Of a stretch of 64,000 nucleotides of DNA, positions 11,210 through 21,655 are shown piece by piece (positions within the stretch are counted from its first letter, which is position 1; each line of letters opens with the position of its first letter). A program made the position numbers and the translations under genes. This DNA comes from Camelus dromedarius (Eukaryota), in contig NC_087436.1 of the NCBI RefSeq assembly GCF_036321535.1, positions 111,662,001 through 111,726,000 of the forward strand, given 5' to 3'. Under the pieces are notes generated by a model. It saw only the letters and a list, made by a program, of their open reading frames with translations. It searched no databases and was not told where the DNA came from.

Positions 11210-11665
11210 GTTGCCAAGCTTCTGAACACTTTCCCCTTTGGTCAGAAGCTCGAGGAGGGGTGGGTATTTTCCATCTCCACTCACTGATAGGTAGATACTG
11301 GATCAAAATGTGAGTGTGACTAGTCAGAAGCTTCTGCCCAGGACTTTTACTTATGAGGCGATGACAAAAGAGACAGGAACAGTTAGGCATTATTCATGGC
11401 AGCTATGATAGACTCAAGAATTTACTGGTATAGGAGTGAGTGCCCAGGGCAACTTCATCCAGCAGTGCTGTAGGGGGTGGGGGCACATGGCCTGTGGTGA
11501 CGGGACAGGATTGGGGCTGTTCTAAGTCCCCTGTAGCATTTCTTATGCCTGGTTCTCCAGCCTTTAGATCCACTCCTTGAATATCCCAATACCCTCCTGT
11601 AAATTCCCTTCCTATTTACATCAACCAGAGTTGATTTCTGTTGTTTACAACCAATGACCCTGGTA
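11210..11665 (+). mobile_element. ERVL-class solo LTR (LTR33/LTR16-like)
   Basis: 3' end taaattcccttcc...ccagagttgatttctgttgtttacaaccaa is characteristic of this group. Confidence 0.6.
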
Positions 11666-12789
11666 GGACAACAAATGTTAGAATTTCCACACAGGACATT
11701 TAAGTTTTATACTTTTATGACATTGGTGGAATACCTCATAAGCGACTGAAGGTTACTTGTGTTATTAAAAAGTACACTTGAAAAAAATCAATATGAAATC
11801 CTCTCTCTTATTCTTTCAAAACCATTAAAAGCCAGATACCCAGCCATGAGGCTACCATAAAAAACAACTTTATTTTATATTCCTTGAGCTTGGCTAAAAT
11901 CCAGACATGATACCGCTCAGATAATGTTATTTTCAACGTGTCATCTTATTTCATGGCAATCTTTACTGTATGTGTTACTCAAGAAAATGTTGACTACAAG
12001 CCAATCCATGAGGCCAATATTTTAAATCTAAAATCTGTCCCAACTTTTTCCACTTTAGTTTGCTTTTGGAATACAGTCTTGGTATCAGGTATTGTCTTAC
12101 TCTTAGAACTAAGGGGATCTTTTTATCAACAATATTTAGATGATTTGTAGTTAAAACATTATTTGTTTTCCATCTGGAAGTTAGTTTCAATAGAGGACTG
12201 TGTAAGGATGAACCCAATGTCTAGAGGCTTCCTGGCTCTTATGCTACTGCTTTCAGGGAAGATTGGAAGCTTCCTTTGTTCATGTTGTCTTAGTGTGCTA
12301 AACAATATACACAGCAAGATAGAAACAGTGATGGGTTTATGGACAGAAGTAAATTTGAGGAAAATTAGAGATTACCTAGGCTAGAGAAGTCAAAGAGCCA
12401 CTCTCATGCATGCCAGCCTTAATTGATGGGTGGGGTTGCATGGAGTGCTGTCGCGAATACTTAAGAAATTGCATCCAAGTTCGGTGGGAAAGAAGGCTGT
12501 AATCAGTGAGTAATGTCTGTCACAGGAGCTGAAGTGGAGAGTGGTGGCTCATGTGCCAATTATTTGTGCTCTGGTCTAGCCTAACCGTGCATCTCACCGC
12601 AGAAGGACGGAAGCCCTGGAAGGGGAGGGGGTGCTTCATGGCTTGTTAGCTTGAGGTGATCCTTTTCTCAGACAAATGCTTCAGTTGCCCAGTGGTTCTT
12701 TATAGGAGGTGATGTCGAGCTCCCTGAGTTCACCTTCCTCTGTAGATGCTCTGGTTTGTTGTGAGGGTTTGGCGTGGTATCCTGAAAGA

Positions 12790-13030
12790 TGTTGGCTGTG
12801 GAGTCAAGACATGCCTGGGTTTGAATCCCAGCTTGTCTACTGCTTAACATCTCTGGAACTTAGCTTCCTCATCTTAAAACAGGATCAACCATTATTCCAC
12901 TCCCTTCGAGATATAAAGAGTCATTCACTCATTTCACAGATATTTCTTGTGCACTTGCCATGTAAGGCATTGGTGATAGAACAGTGAACAGAACAGGCAA
13001 AAACCTTTGCCCTCATGGAACTAACTTTCT
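12790..13030. mobile_element. MIR (+) followed by L2 tail (-)
   Basis: ggagtcaagacatgcctgggtttgaatcccagc; cattcactcatttcacagatattt...gccctcatggaactaactttct. Confidence 0.65.
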
Positions 13031-13504
13031 GTGAACAAGTGTCTGATATGTATTAATGCCCAATAATCACTAGTCCCCTTCCACCCCTTGCTGGCCCTCA
13101 ACTATACACTGTTCCACTGTGGTTGACGAGGGCAAAGCAGCTGAACCTGACGATGCCTTCTTCGTTAGGGACATAAACTAAGTTTGACTAAGAGCAGCCT
13201 AAGTTCATGAGAGTTTTGGGGGGACAGTTCTTTTGCTCTGAGGGTCTTTTCTGGCTTGAGTAGTGGGGGTATCACTGGCATCCAGGCGTGGTTACAGATC
13301 ATTGCTGCCCTCTCTTCAAGTGGTGAGTCCAGCCAGGATCCTCTCTTGCAATGCTATGGACTTTGATTTCTTTGTCTCTCTCTCTCCTAATCCCCTCCCA
13401 TCTTGTCTTCTTCCCACACACACACAGCAAGGGAGGAATAAAACTCATGAAGGATAAAGTATGTCAGCTCTCAGAAAATAGCCATCTCCCTCTCTTATTT
13501 GCAG

Positions 13505-13669
13505 GAAGATGGATTCTACGATCCAGCTGACTACATCTCCTGCTTGAGCTCTAAGGGGATTCTATTTGAACAGAAGTCAGAGTAGCATCTGCACCACTCA
13601 CCTGCCCATCTTGCAGCTGTGATTCGCACATCTTCCAATTGCCATCCTGCAAACTTAGGAAAATCAAAG
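13505..13669 (+). other. Candidate spliced exon (hypothesis)
   Basis: Acceptor ctccctctcttatttgcag|GAA; donor AAG|gtagtc; lies in a repeat-free block. Confidence 0.25.
13602..13646 (-). other. Candidate 45-nt exon (hypothesis)
   Basis: Acceptor ttttcctaagtttgcag|G and consensus donor CAG|gtgagt; open in all three frames. Confidence 0.3.
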
Positions 13670-14629
13670 GTAGTCTTTTCATCAAGAAGAGACTAGGTAG
13701 TTAGCAAACAGATTCAGTTCTTGTTGGAAAAAAAAATAAACACAATAAATTAGACTGTCAAAAGATTTCAGGGGATGATTCCTGGAATTTGGGGAAATAT
13801 ATACTTATAGAAAACAGTTCTGGTAATGTGACCCAGAATTGGATTTGTCCCCTTGCCTCCTATATTTGATTATTTCCCCCAGGTGGCCCACACTCTTACA
13901 AATGTGATAAAGAGCTAGATGCCAAAGGAAATTTTTGGTTCCCTCTCTCTCCTGCTGGTTTTGGGTGTGCCATGGAAAATAGTGCCTGTGGAAAATTCTG
14001 TTGTGTTTTGAAACCCACTGTTGACAGTCCAAGAGAAGCCAATTGGAAATTAGATTTCTGTTCAGAGACTGCACAGGTTATTTTTCCCTCCAGTGCAAAG
14101 ACAATGACGCTCTGGGTATAAGAGGTGGAGGAAGTTTCCTGGGCATAAAAATTTGGGGGAAGGCATGATGTCTTGGAGCTGTTTCGACATCTGGTTTTCA
14201 CTTCCCAGTTGTGTAACCAAGAGAGCAGTAGGGTAGATACTTTTAACATGCAAAATATCTTGCGTATGTGGAAAACTTTATAAGCTTTCCATATATTTCA
14301 CTGCCATCAGCTTATTTTGAACCCTGTAGTGGCCTTGTGTAGCAAATGGGAAGATGTTATTTTCCTGACTTAGGATTTGAGAAAATTGAGGGACAGCAGA
14401 GCAGAGTACCTTGTTCACACTCACGGGGGAAGATGGAGAGGCACCAGGACCAGGACTCACCTCTTGTACCTAGATCAGCTGGACCAAACTTGGACTCCTC
14501 TCTCTGTGTCCACCCACGTCCCCAAACAAAAGAGGTACTTCGAGCTCTAAGCCACACACTGATCACAGGATCACCAGACCTCCTCCATTCACTACCTGGT
14601 GGTCTCATGCAAGTCGACTTGCTGGAGTT

Positions 14630-14975
14630 ACTGTATAAAGTAGGGATGAGAACTGTTTGCCTCATGGGGTTGTCGTGATAACTAAGGGAGAAAATTAATG
14701 TGAAAACGCTTTGCAAAGGATAAAGTACTGCACAAATGTGATGTATTCATGTATTACAAAGCAGTTCCTGTGAGCCCAGGCCTGTTCCGATATCTGTACA
14801 AATATTAGCTCAAGTAATCTTCACACTAATCTTCTGAGGTAAGTTTTATTATAATAAAATGATCCTCGTTTTACAGACGTGGACACTGCTTGCCCACATC
14901 ACACAGCTGGCAGAGGTGTGCTGGGATATGAACCAGGCAATTGACAACAGACCAGAGTCTCCATCTTTGGTCACA
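14630..14975. mobile_element. Two MIR fragments in opposite orientation
   Basis: tgcctcatggggttgtcgtgataactaag...gctttgcaaa (+); cctcgttttacagacgtggacactg...atcacacagctgg (-). Confidence 0.6.
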
Positions 14976-16210
14976 ACCCCCTGCTGCCTGTGATTATTAA
15001 TATTATGATTAGAGATGCAGATAGATTGGTGTCAGCTATAAAAGGCACAAACAGATAGCACTTTTTTTCCCTCTCTTAAAAGGCTGTGGAAATTAATTAA
15101 ATTAAGCAAAGAACAAATCAAGGAATCCCAAAGATAAAAGCAGAAATGAATAAATTAGAAAAGAAAAAGAGGCAGAAATGATAGCAACTTCAAGAATTGG
15201 TTCTTTGAAAAGGCACATAAAAGAAGGAAACTTCTTGAAGCCAATGAAGAAAAAGAGTAAGTAAAAGCTAACCAGAAACACTAAGAATGATCAAAGATGT
15301 GATCACAGACAGGGAGGAGCAGTGAATATACGAGTTCATTACCTACAATTCTATAGTTAGGCACGGGACAACAATGTTCCTACATCAGCTTCCTAAGTTA
15401 ATTTTGGCAATTTAGAGTTTCTTAGAAAATTGATCTAGGACTGTCTTTTTCACAGTTCTTGGAAGAGGAGATCCAGCAGAATCCTTAATGATAAAACTTA
15501 AAGGCGTTCTCATGAACATGAATATTTCCACTACCATCATTATGGTTCAACTTGGTTTGGCAATAATGGAAAGAAATGAAGCAAAATTTTTGGGAAAAAA
15601 AATCTATTTGTGATGAGGTTCTTAATAATGTAAGAATCTCAGCCTAAGAACCAAATTAGGAGGAAATCAGCAAGGTGGTAGATTATAAAATAAATACCCA
15701 AATTTTAGGTTTCCTGCAAACTAGCAATAATTAATTTCAAATGACATGGGAAAAACACCTCATTCATAACATCAACCCAAATTCTAGAATTGCTATGAGT
15801 AAATAAGAAATAGACAAGGTCCATGTACTAAACTTCAAAACCAACCTAGGGAAAATGTTAACACTTCCCCCCACGTTGTGGCGGCCAGGACGGTCACCAC
15901 TGGGCTCTCCCTCCGCTCCGTAGAACCTGATGCCTGCAGGTGCTGCAACTGTGGATAGAATGCTCTCCACCCTGCAAAGGCCACACCCCCGGCTGCTCCC
16001 AGCCAATGAGCAAGCCCAGCGGGGTACCAGAAACTGTTTCAAGTCTATTTCTGCCAGATGCGGGAGTCCTCCAAGGCGCAATCCTTGCACTGAGGCTCCC
16101 CATCAGCTCGGCTGAGACTTTCTAAGAGCTGCACAGCAGTCGGAGGCTCTTTTTAACCCATTTCCTCCTCCCTCTCTTTTCCATCTTCTCTCTCTCTTTT
16201 TTTTTTATAG

Positions 16211-16335
16211 GTGTCAGACTTTCATTGTTGTCTGAAGGTGCTTCTGCCTTTTCCAGCTGCCCTGTCCTTCACAGGATCTCTCCCACAGCCCAAATCTCTT
16301 ATTTTTGTACTCTTAGCATCTGCTTCAAAGAAAAC
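16211..16335 (+). other. Candidate 125-nt exon (hypothesis)
   Basis: Branch-like tttaac (about 16152-16157), roughly 45-nt pyrimidine tract, tag|G acceptor, donor AAC|gtaagt. Confidence 0.35.
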
Positions 16336-16379
16336 GTAAGTGAAAACTGTCAACAGTGATATTTCATATTCCCTTCCCA

Positions 16380-16580
16380 GCTTTATTTTCTCTATTTAAT
16401 TCTTCCTAGTATTTAATAAGCTCTGTTGTATTTGTTTATCTTGTTCATTGTCTTCCTCTTCTCTTGTTAGACTATAAGCTCCATGAGACCAAGGAATTCT
16501 GTTTGTTCTCTTTTGTATCCCAGGATCTAGAACAATTCCTGGTTCATAGTAAGTATTCAGTAAATATTTGTTGAGTCAAG
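16380..16580 (+). mobile_element. L2 3' end
   Basis: ttagactataagctccatgagacc...ctagaacaattcctggttcatagtaagtattcagtaaatatttgttgagt. Confidence 0.75.
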
Positions 16581-17899
16581 GACATTATGAGATACTGACA
16601 TTATGACATAATGAGGTCAAGGATATTAAATAAGACTTGACTAACATTACTGGGAAAGATGAAAATCTCAATAGAATTTTAAAAATTCAACTTGAAAAAT
16701 AAATACTTAAAAATAGGCAGGAAAATGCCCCCACAGAATAGCAATATATGATGTGAGATATTGAAGAGTATAAAGATGCACTATTAAAAGCAGCCAGGTA
16801 CCAGTTTTGACACTGACAGATTGGTCAGTAGGACTGACACAGAAGTCCAGTGTCAAGAATTTTCAAGAACTTGGTATATGGATAAACACGGCATTTAAAA
16901 CTTACATGGAAAGGAAGGATTTTTCAATAAGCAATGTTAGAAAAACCAGCCATCTGGGGAAAAAATAGATCTGAACTTTATTCCATATTCAACTTACATA
17001 CCATATGGATCAAAGATTTAAATATAAAAACAAAATCATAAAGTACTAGAAAAATATGTGAGTATTTATATTTGGAGGAGGATGAAGAAAGTATTTATAA
17101 CATGGTACTAGAGGCAAAAACCTTAAAGATAAACAGTAATAAATTTGATAACCTGAAAAACAAAATAATCAACACATCTGTACATTAAAAAACATAAATA
17201 ACAGTGAAGCATTTCCAACCAAATCAGTGAGTGGAAAAAAATATTCACAGTCCATGTGACAAAGGTTAATTTTTATTGAATGTATCATTGTTTCACTAAT
17301 ATCAATAATTATATACTTAACAAGTGGAGAGATAATAAGAAATCAGTTTAAAAAATGATGAAAAGAGAATTCACAAGAGAGGAAATACAAATGACCTATA
17401 TAATTATGAAAAAGTATGTAATTCATAGAATTGCAATTAAAAAATCATAGGGCCCCATTTTCTCCTTTAAGAGATAGATAGAGAGATAGAGAGATAGAAT
17501 ATTTATATCAGAGAATCATCTATTTTTTATGCCACTGGTAATTCTGTGAACAGTATTTTTTTGTAGGATAATTCGGCACTATATTTTTTAAAATATATGG
17601 TTAAATATATATATATATTTTGAACTATGGCTTTCCCTACAATTGCAACTTAAAGAATAACCATAAACATAAGCAAAATATAACTAAAAGTGTGTCCCGT
17701 ACAATATTATTTATAAATTGGAAGTAATTTAAATATTCAACAATAAGAGACTGGTTGAATAAATTGTGATGAAATATAATTCAGCCTTTTAATGCATTTT
17801 TAGAAAAACGGCTAATGTCAGAACAATGCTAAAGATTGTACTGATTGGGATCAAGTTGATTATGCTGCAGTCTAACTGTCCCCGAGTTTTCAGTGTCTT

Positions 17900-18200
17900 A
17901 CCCAAAGATCCATATAGAGTTGGTGACTCTCAAGGGCAGGTCTCCTCCGTGTGTTGGCATAGCATTTCGGGGTATTTCCATCTTACAGCACCTCCGTGTT
18001 ACAGCAGGGAAAGAGCAGTTCAACCAGTCACTACTGGAGATAAAATGCATCCACCCCAAAGTGACACATGTCACTTCAGCTCCACCTGTTCAGCCAATGT
18101 CGATGGTCACATCCAATCTCAGAGGACAGAGAAGTTAAGTTGTCCAATGGGCCTGAAAGTAGAGGGTGACTGGATATTGAAGATAGTAGTATTGCTTACC
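17900..18200 (-). mobile_element. MaLR LTR fragment (MLT1K/L-like)
   Basis: aagtgacacatgtcacttcagctc...ggtcacatccaatc...ggatattgaag. Confidence 0.5.
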
Positions 18201-19809
18201 ATGAAGATATGTCGTTTAGAGTCTAAAATGACAATATAATTTGTAAAAATTGTGTGTTTATGTGGGTAAATACATAGATAGCTGCAAATATGCATCTATA
18301 AAATCAATAGTTTATCTCTCATGGTGGTAGGATTATGGATAATTTAAATTTTCTCCTTTTTCCTTATCTGTATTTTCTAAATTAAATGAATAAATGTTGT
18401 TATAAGAAATCAATTTATAACATTAAAAACAAACAGCGACAAAAAAACTTGTTGGATAAATTTTCTTGTCCTCAGTAACTGTACACAACACATCTACAAA
18501 CCGAAGCCTGGATTTTATAGGTCTTTTGAGAGAGTATAGAGTTCTTTCAGTTTTACCCTCTGCCATTTCTGATGATCCCTGTCCCTTTCTGTTCTCCTTT
18601 GCTCAGGTCCTTGAGCAGAAGAAATTGTTAAACTTTTGTTTAAGATGATTGTCTTTAATTTCCATCCCCTTCCATAAGATGTGCTCAACTGGTGTGACTG
18701 AATTATGATGACGCTGGCATCACTCCTCTTAAGGAGACTCAGGGAAAGAACAGGTGGAGTTCAGTGTATTATGGTGGCATGTGAGCAATTGTCACTAAAG
18801 ACATTGACGACACAAACTTTTCTCTTTTATTCTCAGCCCCAAGTGTTACTAAAGGGGGAGAAAATGGGAAAAAGAAGACAGAAAAGGCAGAACTTTGTGC
18901 ATTTTGATCACCATAGATCCTGACCCCATTTTGCTTAGCAAAGAACTTTGAAGTTTGAAATGTAACCCTGGTTCCTACCTCATTCTTGCTCCTTAGAATT
19001 CAAGTGTCTGCAGTGAAGGTGAAAATCCTGCTTGTCTTAGGTGTCCTGTGGCCCCAGCTGAGCAGGGGCCCTTCAAAGGCTGCTGGCCGTTTCCCCGAGC
19101 TTCCAGAACTGTTCTGCACTCTGTAAGGGTGGTGCCTATTTAATATTAAGATTAATGAGCTGAATCTGCCGTTGATGACAGGGTGTCCGCATGCTTCCAG
19201 ACAAGCCTACTTGCAGGACTGCGTGTGTGTATACAGCTGACTCTTCACAAAGATATATTTGGACTTCCACACATTCTGAGGAGATCTCGCTCTCTTTCAG
19301 ATTTGGGGCTCCAGAAGGAGGTCTCAATGACTTGCGTCTCAGTCACTCCTGGAGAATGTTGCTAATCCATCTCCTGTGAATCCTGACTTTATTAACTTTT
19401 TTTCTGAATCTTTAAAATAAATGGCCCTTATGTAATTTAGGCAGACATTGTTCATGCTGTCAGCCTTTAAATCTGAGTCAACTGTTTACATGTATCAGTA
19501 TGGAGGTCAGGGTGGAACAGAAGTCAACATGAGCTCAGGTAAGCGTTAAAAGATTTATTTTAACGATACACATAAAGACACCCAAAATTTGTGTTCCAAT
19601 TCTGGGAGAGACTCAGAATGGTGTTTCTTGAGTCAGAGGACTTAGGACCCAGTGTCTAATAAGTCACAGCCTTGGGACCATGTAATGAATACAATTGTGT
19701 CAGCTGATACCCCCAGTGGATGGTGTGAGCAGTTTTCAGATTGCAGATTTCTAGTAAATTACTATGCAGTGGGGCATGTTATTGAGAACTCTCTAGAGGT
19801 TCCCATGGT

Positions 19810-20186
19810 AGACATATCAGTGTCCATCAGTGTCCAGTCCTTTTCCTATCCCCAGTGCTTGGAGTACAGCATTCCTCAGCTCCCTTGCAGTTAAGTGAGG
19901 CCACATGATATGTTCTGTGTGGATGGAAGTGAAAATTGTGGAGGCAATAAAAGGAACATATGTCATTATCTGGACTTGCTCTTCCCTGCTAAGTTAACCA
20001 AAGGGGCTGCAGAGAGTGGTGGCATTTCCAACAGCTTGGAATTCGAGGCCACGCCATGGAGAATGGTTGCCTGGAGAGATACCTGGGTCAGTGGCTGAAA
20101 TTTGTCAGTGAGAAATTCAGCTTTGTGCTATTAGTCCACTCTGATTTGGGGTTTGTTACCATGGCATAACCAGTCTATCCTGATAC
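19810..20186 (+). mobile_element. MaLR solo LTR (MLT1H/J-like)
   Basis: cagctcccttgcagttaagtgaggccacatga...tagtccactctgatttggggtttgttaccatggcataaccagtctatcctgataca. Confidence 0.7.
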
Positions 20187-20464
20187 ATTTACTCTATGTA
20201 CTCCTTCTAGTCCACCTCCAGGCTGGACCCACTTCTGGCTTTGTGTCCTCTGTGGTTTGGCTCCAAGTTCAGGCTGTTGGTGAATGTTGACCACTGTTCT
20301 TAACTGTGCAGTCAGCACTGGATCTTCCAGATCACTCTTAGCCACCAACGGACTACATCCCATCTCTTAAGAGCCTTAAAACAAAGAACTGTCTTGTGGA
20401 AGCAGCCACCGTGCCGCTCTTCAGATATGTCCTTTCTCCCTTCCATCTTTATTCTGTAAAATGT

Positions 20465-20670
20465 TTAAGAGCACGGGTTTCAGATTCAGATGAGCTTGGG
20501 TACAAATCAAATCTCAGCGATTTCTAGCCAAGGAAATGGGAGAAGTAAAAAGGTTGCTTCATCTCTCTAAAAGCTTTGTTTCCTTATTTATAAAATAGAG
20601 ATGGCAATAGTGTTTACACATAGGAAACTACTGAGAAGGTAAAGATGAGAAATGTGAGTAAAGTACCTGG
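20465..20670 (+). mobile_element. MIR SINE
   Basis: tttaagagcacgggtttcagattcagatgagcttggg...gtttccttatttataaaatagagatgg...aaagtacctggca. Confidence 0.7.
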
Positions 20671-21049
20671 CAGGAAGCGCTGTCACAAAGCCCATGCTCC
20701 ATTGACCTGGTGGTTGTTCTTCCCAGCTCTTCCCCAGATCAGGGTCAGTCTCCTAATCCCTAAGTGCTTTCCGTATGAGTCACATTTCAGCCATTATCCC
20801 CCAATTTTGGAAGCTGTGGGGTGACCTGGCATTGTTCCCCAAAGTCTTCATCTAAGAGCTTTTCCTTGGGGTTTGAAGGCTAGGAATGTTCCCTTCTTAA
20901 ATGGAGACTCATCAAAGGAACAAGTGCCAGGGACTTAGTTTCCTGCTTGAGCATATGTGTCCCCAGGCAAAGTCTGTTGGCTAAACAGCTAGGGAGGAAA
21001 GAATAGACAGCTTGCCCTCCCTCTGCCCCCCTCACACTTTATTCTCTGC

Positions 21050-21655
21050 TGCTCATCCTCCTGCAGGGTCATCCATCCTGCGCTTCAGCCATCCTGAACA
21101 TTTTCAGTTCCTCCAGAGCCATGCTTTGCCCGCCTCCCAACATCCACGCATATTCTTTTCTTGACTTGGAAAATTCCACCTTCCCCTGCAACCATCACTT
21201 GGCCAACTCTTATTTAGATTTAAAATTTCACTTGTACATCACGTTTTGGGGAAGTCAGACTTTACAGACCTGGAGAGGCAGCTCCTGTCTTCCCCCGGCA
21301 CTCCCATATGTGTTTTATTTATTTTTTTCTAGTCACACGTTCTTTTCTTTATTGAAGTATAGTCAGTTTACAATGTTGTGTTAGTGTCTAGTGTACAGCA
21401 TAGTGATTCAATTATACATATATATATATATATACTCCTTTTCATATTCTTTTTCATTTTAGGTTATACAAAGTATTGAATAGAGTTCCCTGTGCTCTAC
21501 AGTGGACCTTGCTGTTTACCACATGCATTTTAGTTGAGTCATTATTTGCCTCACACTAGAGTTTAAGCCACCAAAGAGATTGTGACCCTGGGATCTTTCA
21601 CATGACCTGGCACATAGTAGGTGCTCAATAAATATTTCTTGGCAGACTGAGTGAA
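21050..21655 (+). mobile_element. L2 3' region split by a younger L1 tail
   Basis: cttggccaactcttatttag...; resumes and ends cctggcacatagtaggtgctcaataaatattt. Confidence 0.7.
21342..21520 (-). mobile_element. Short L1 3' tail with internal (TA)n
   Basis: ttttattgaagtatagtcagtttacaatgttgtgttag...gtacagcatagtgattca...ttccctgtgctctacagt. Confidence 0.85.

Larger units (their letters stand above)
15090..18440 (+). mobile_element. Highly decayed L1M/L1ME (ORF2 to 3' end), broken by insertions at about 15870-16600 and 17880-18200
   Basis: ttggttctttgaaaagg, aaatcagcaaggtggtagattataaaataaatac, ttttcaataagcaatgttagaaaaac, ggatcaaagatttaaatataaaa, ttatctgtattttctaaat: degenerate L1 landmarks in the expected order. 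Confidence 0.7.

Noticed and set aside
16807-16856. 9-bp inverted repeat ttgacactg / cagtgtcaa
   Set aside because: With a 32-nt spacer, several such matches are expected by chance.
17826-18239. 137-aa ORF
   Set aside because: Lies within an MLT1 LTR fragment nested in L1ME.
7167-19830. Short 9-11 bp tandem duplications (7167, 16580, 19812; also 29337)
   Set aside because: Common slippage products with no higher-order pattern.
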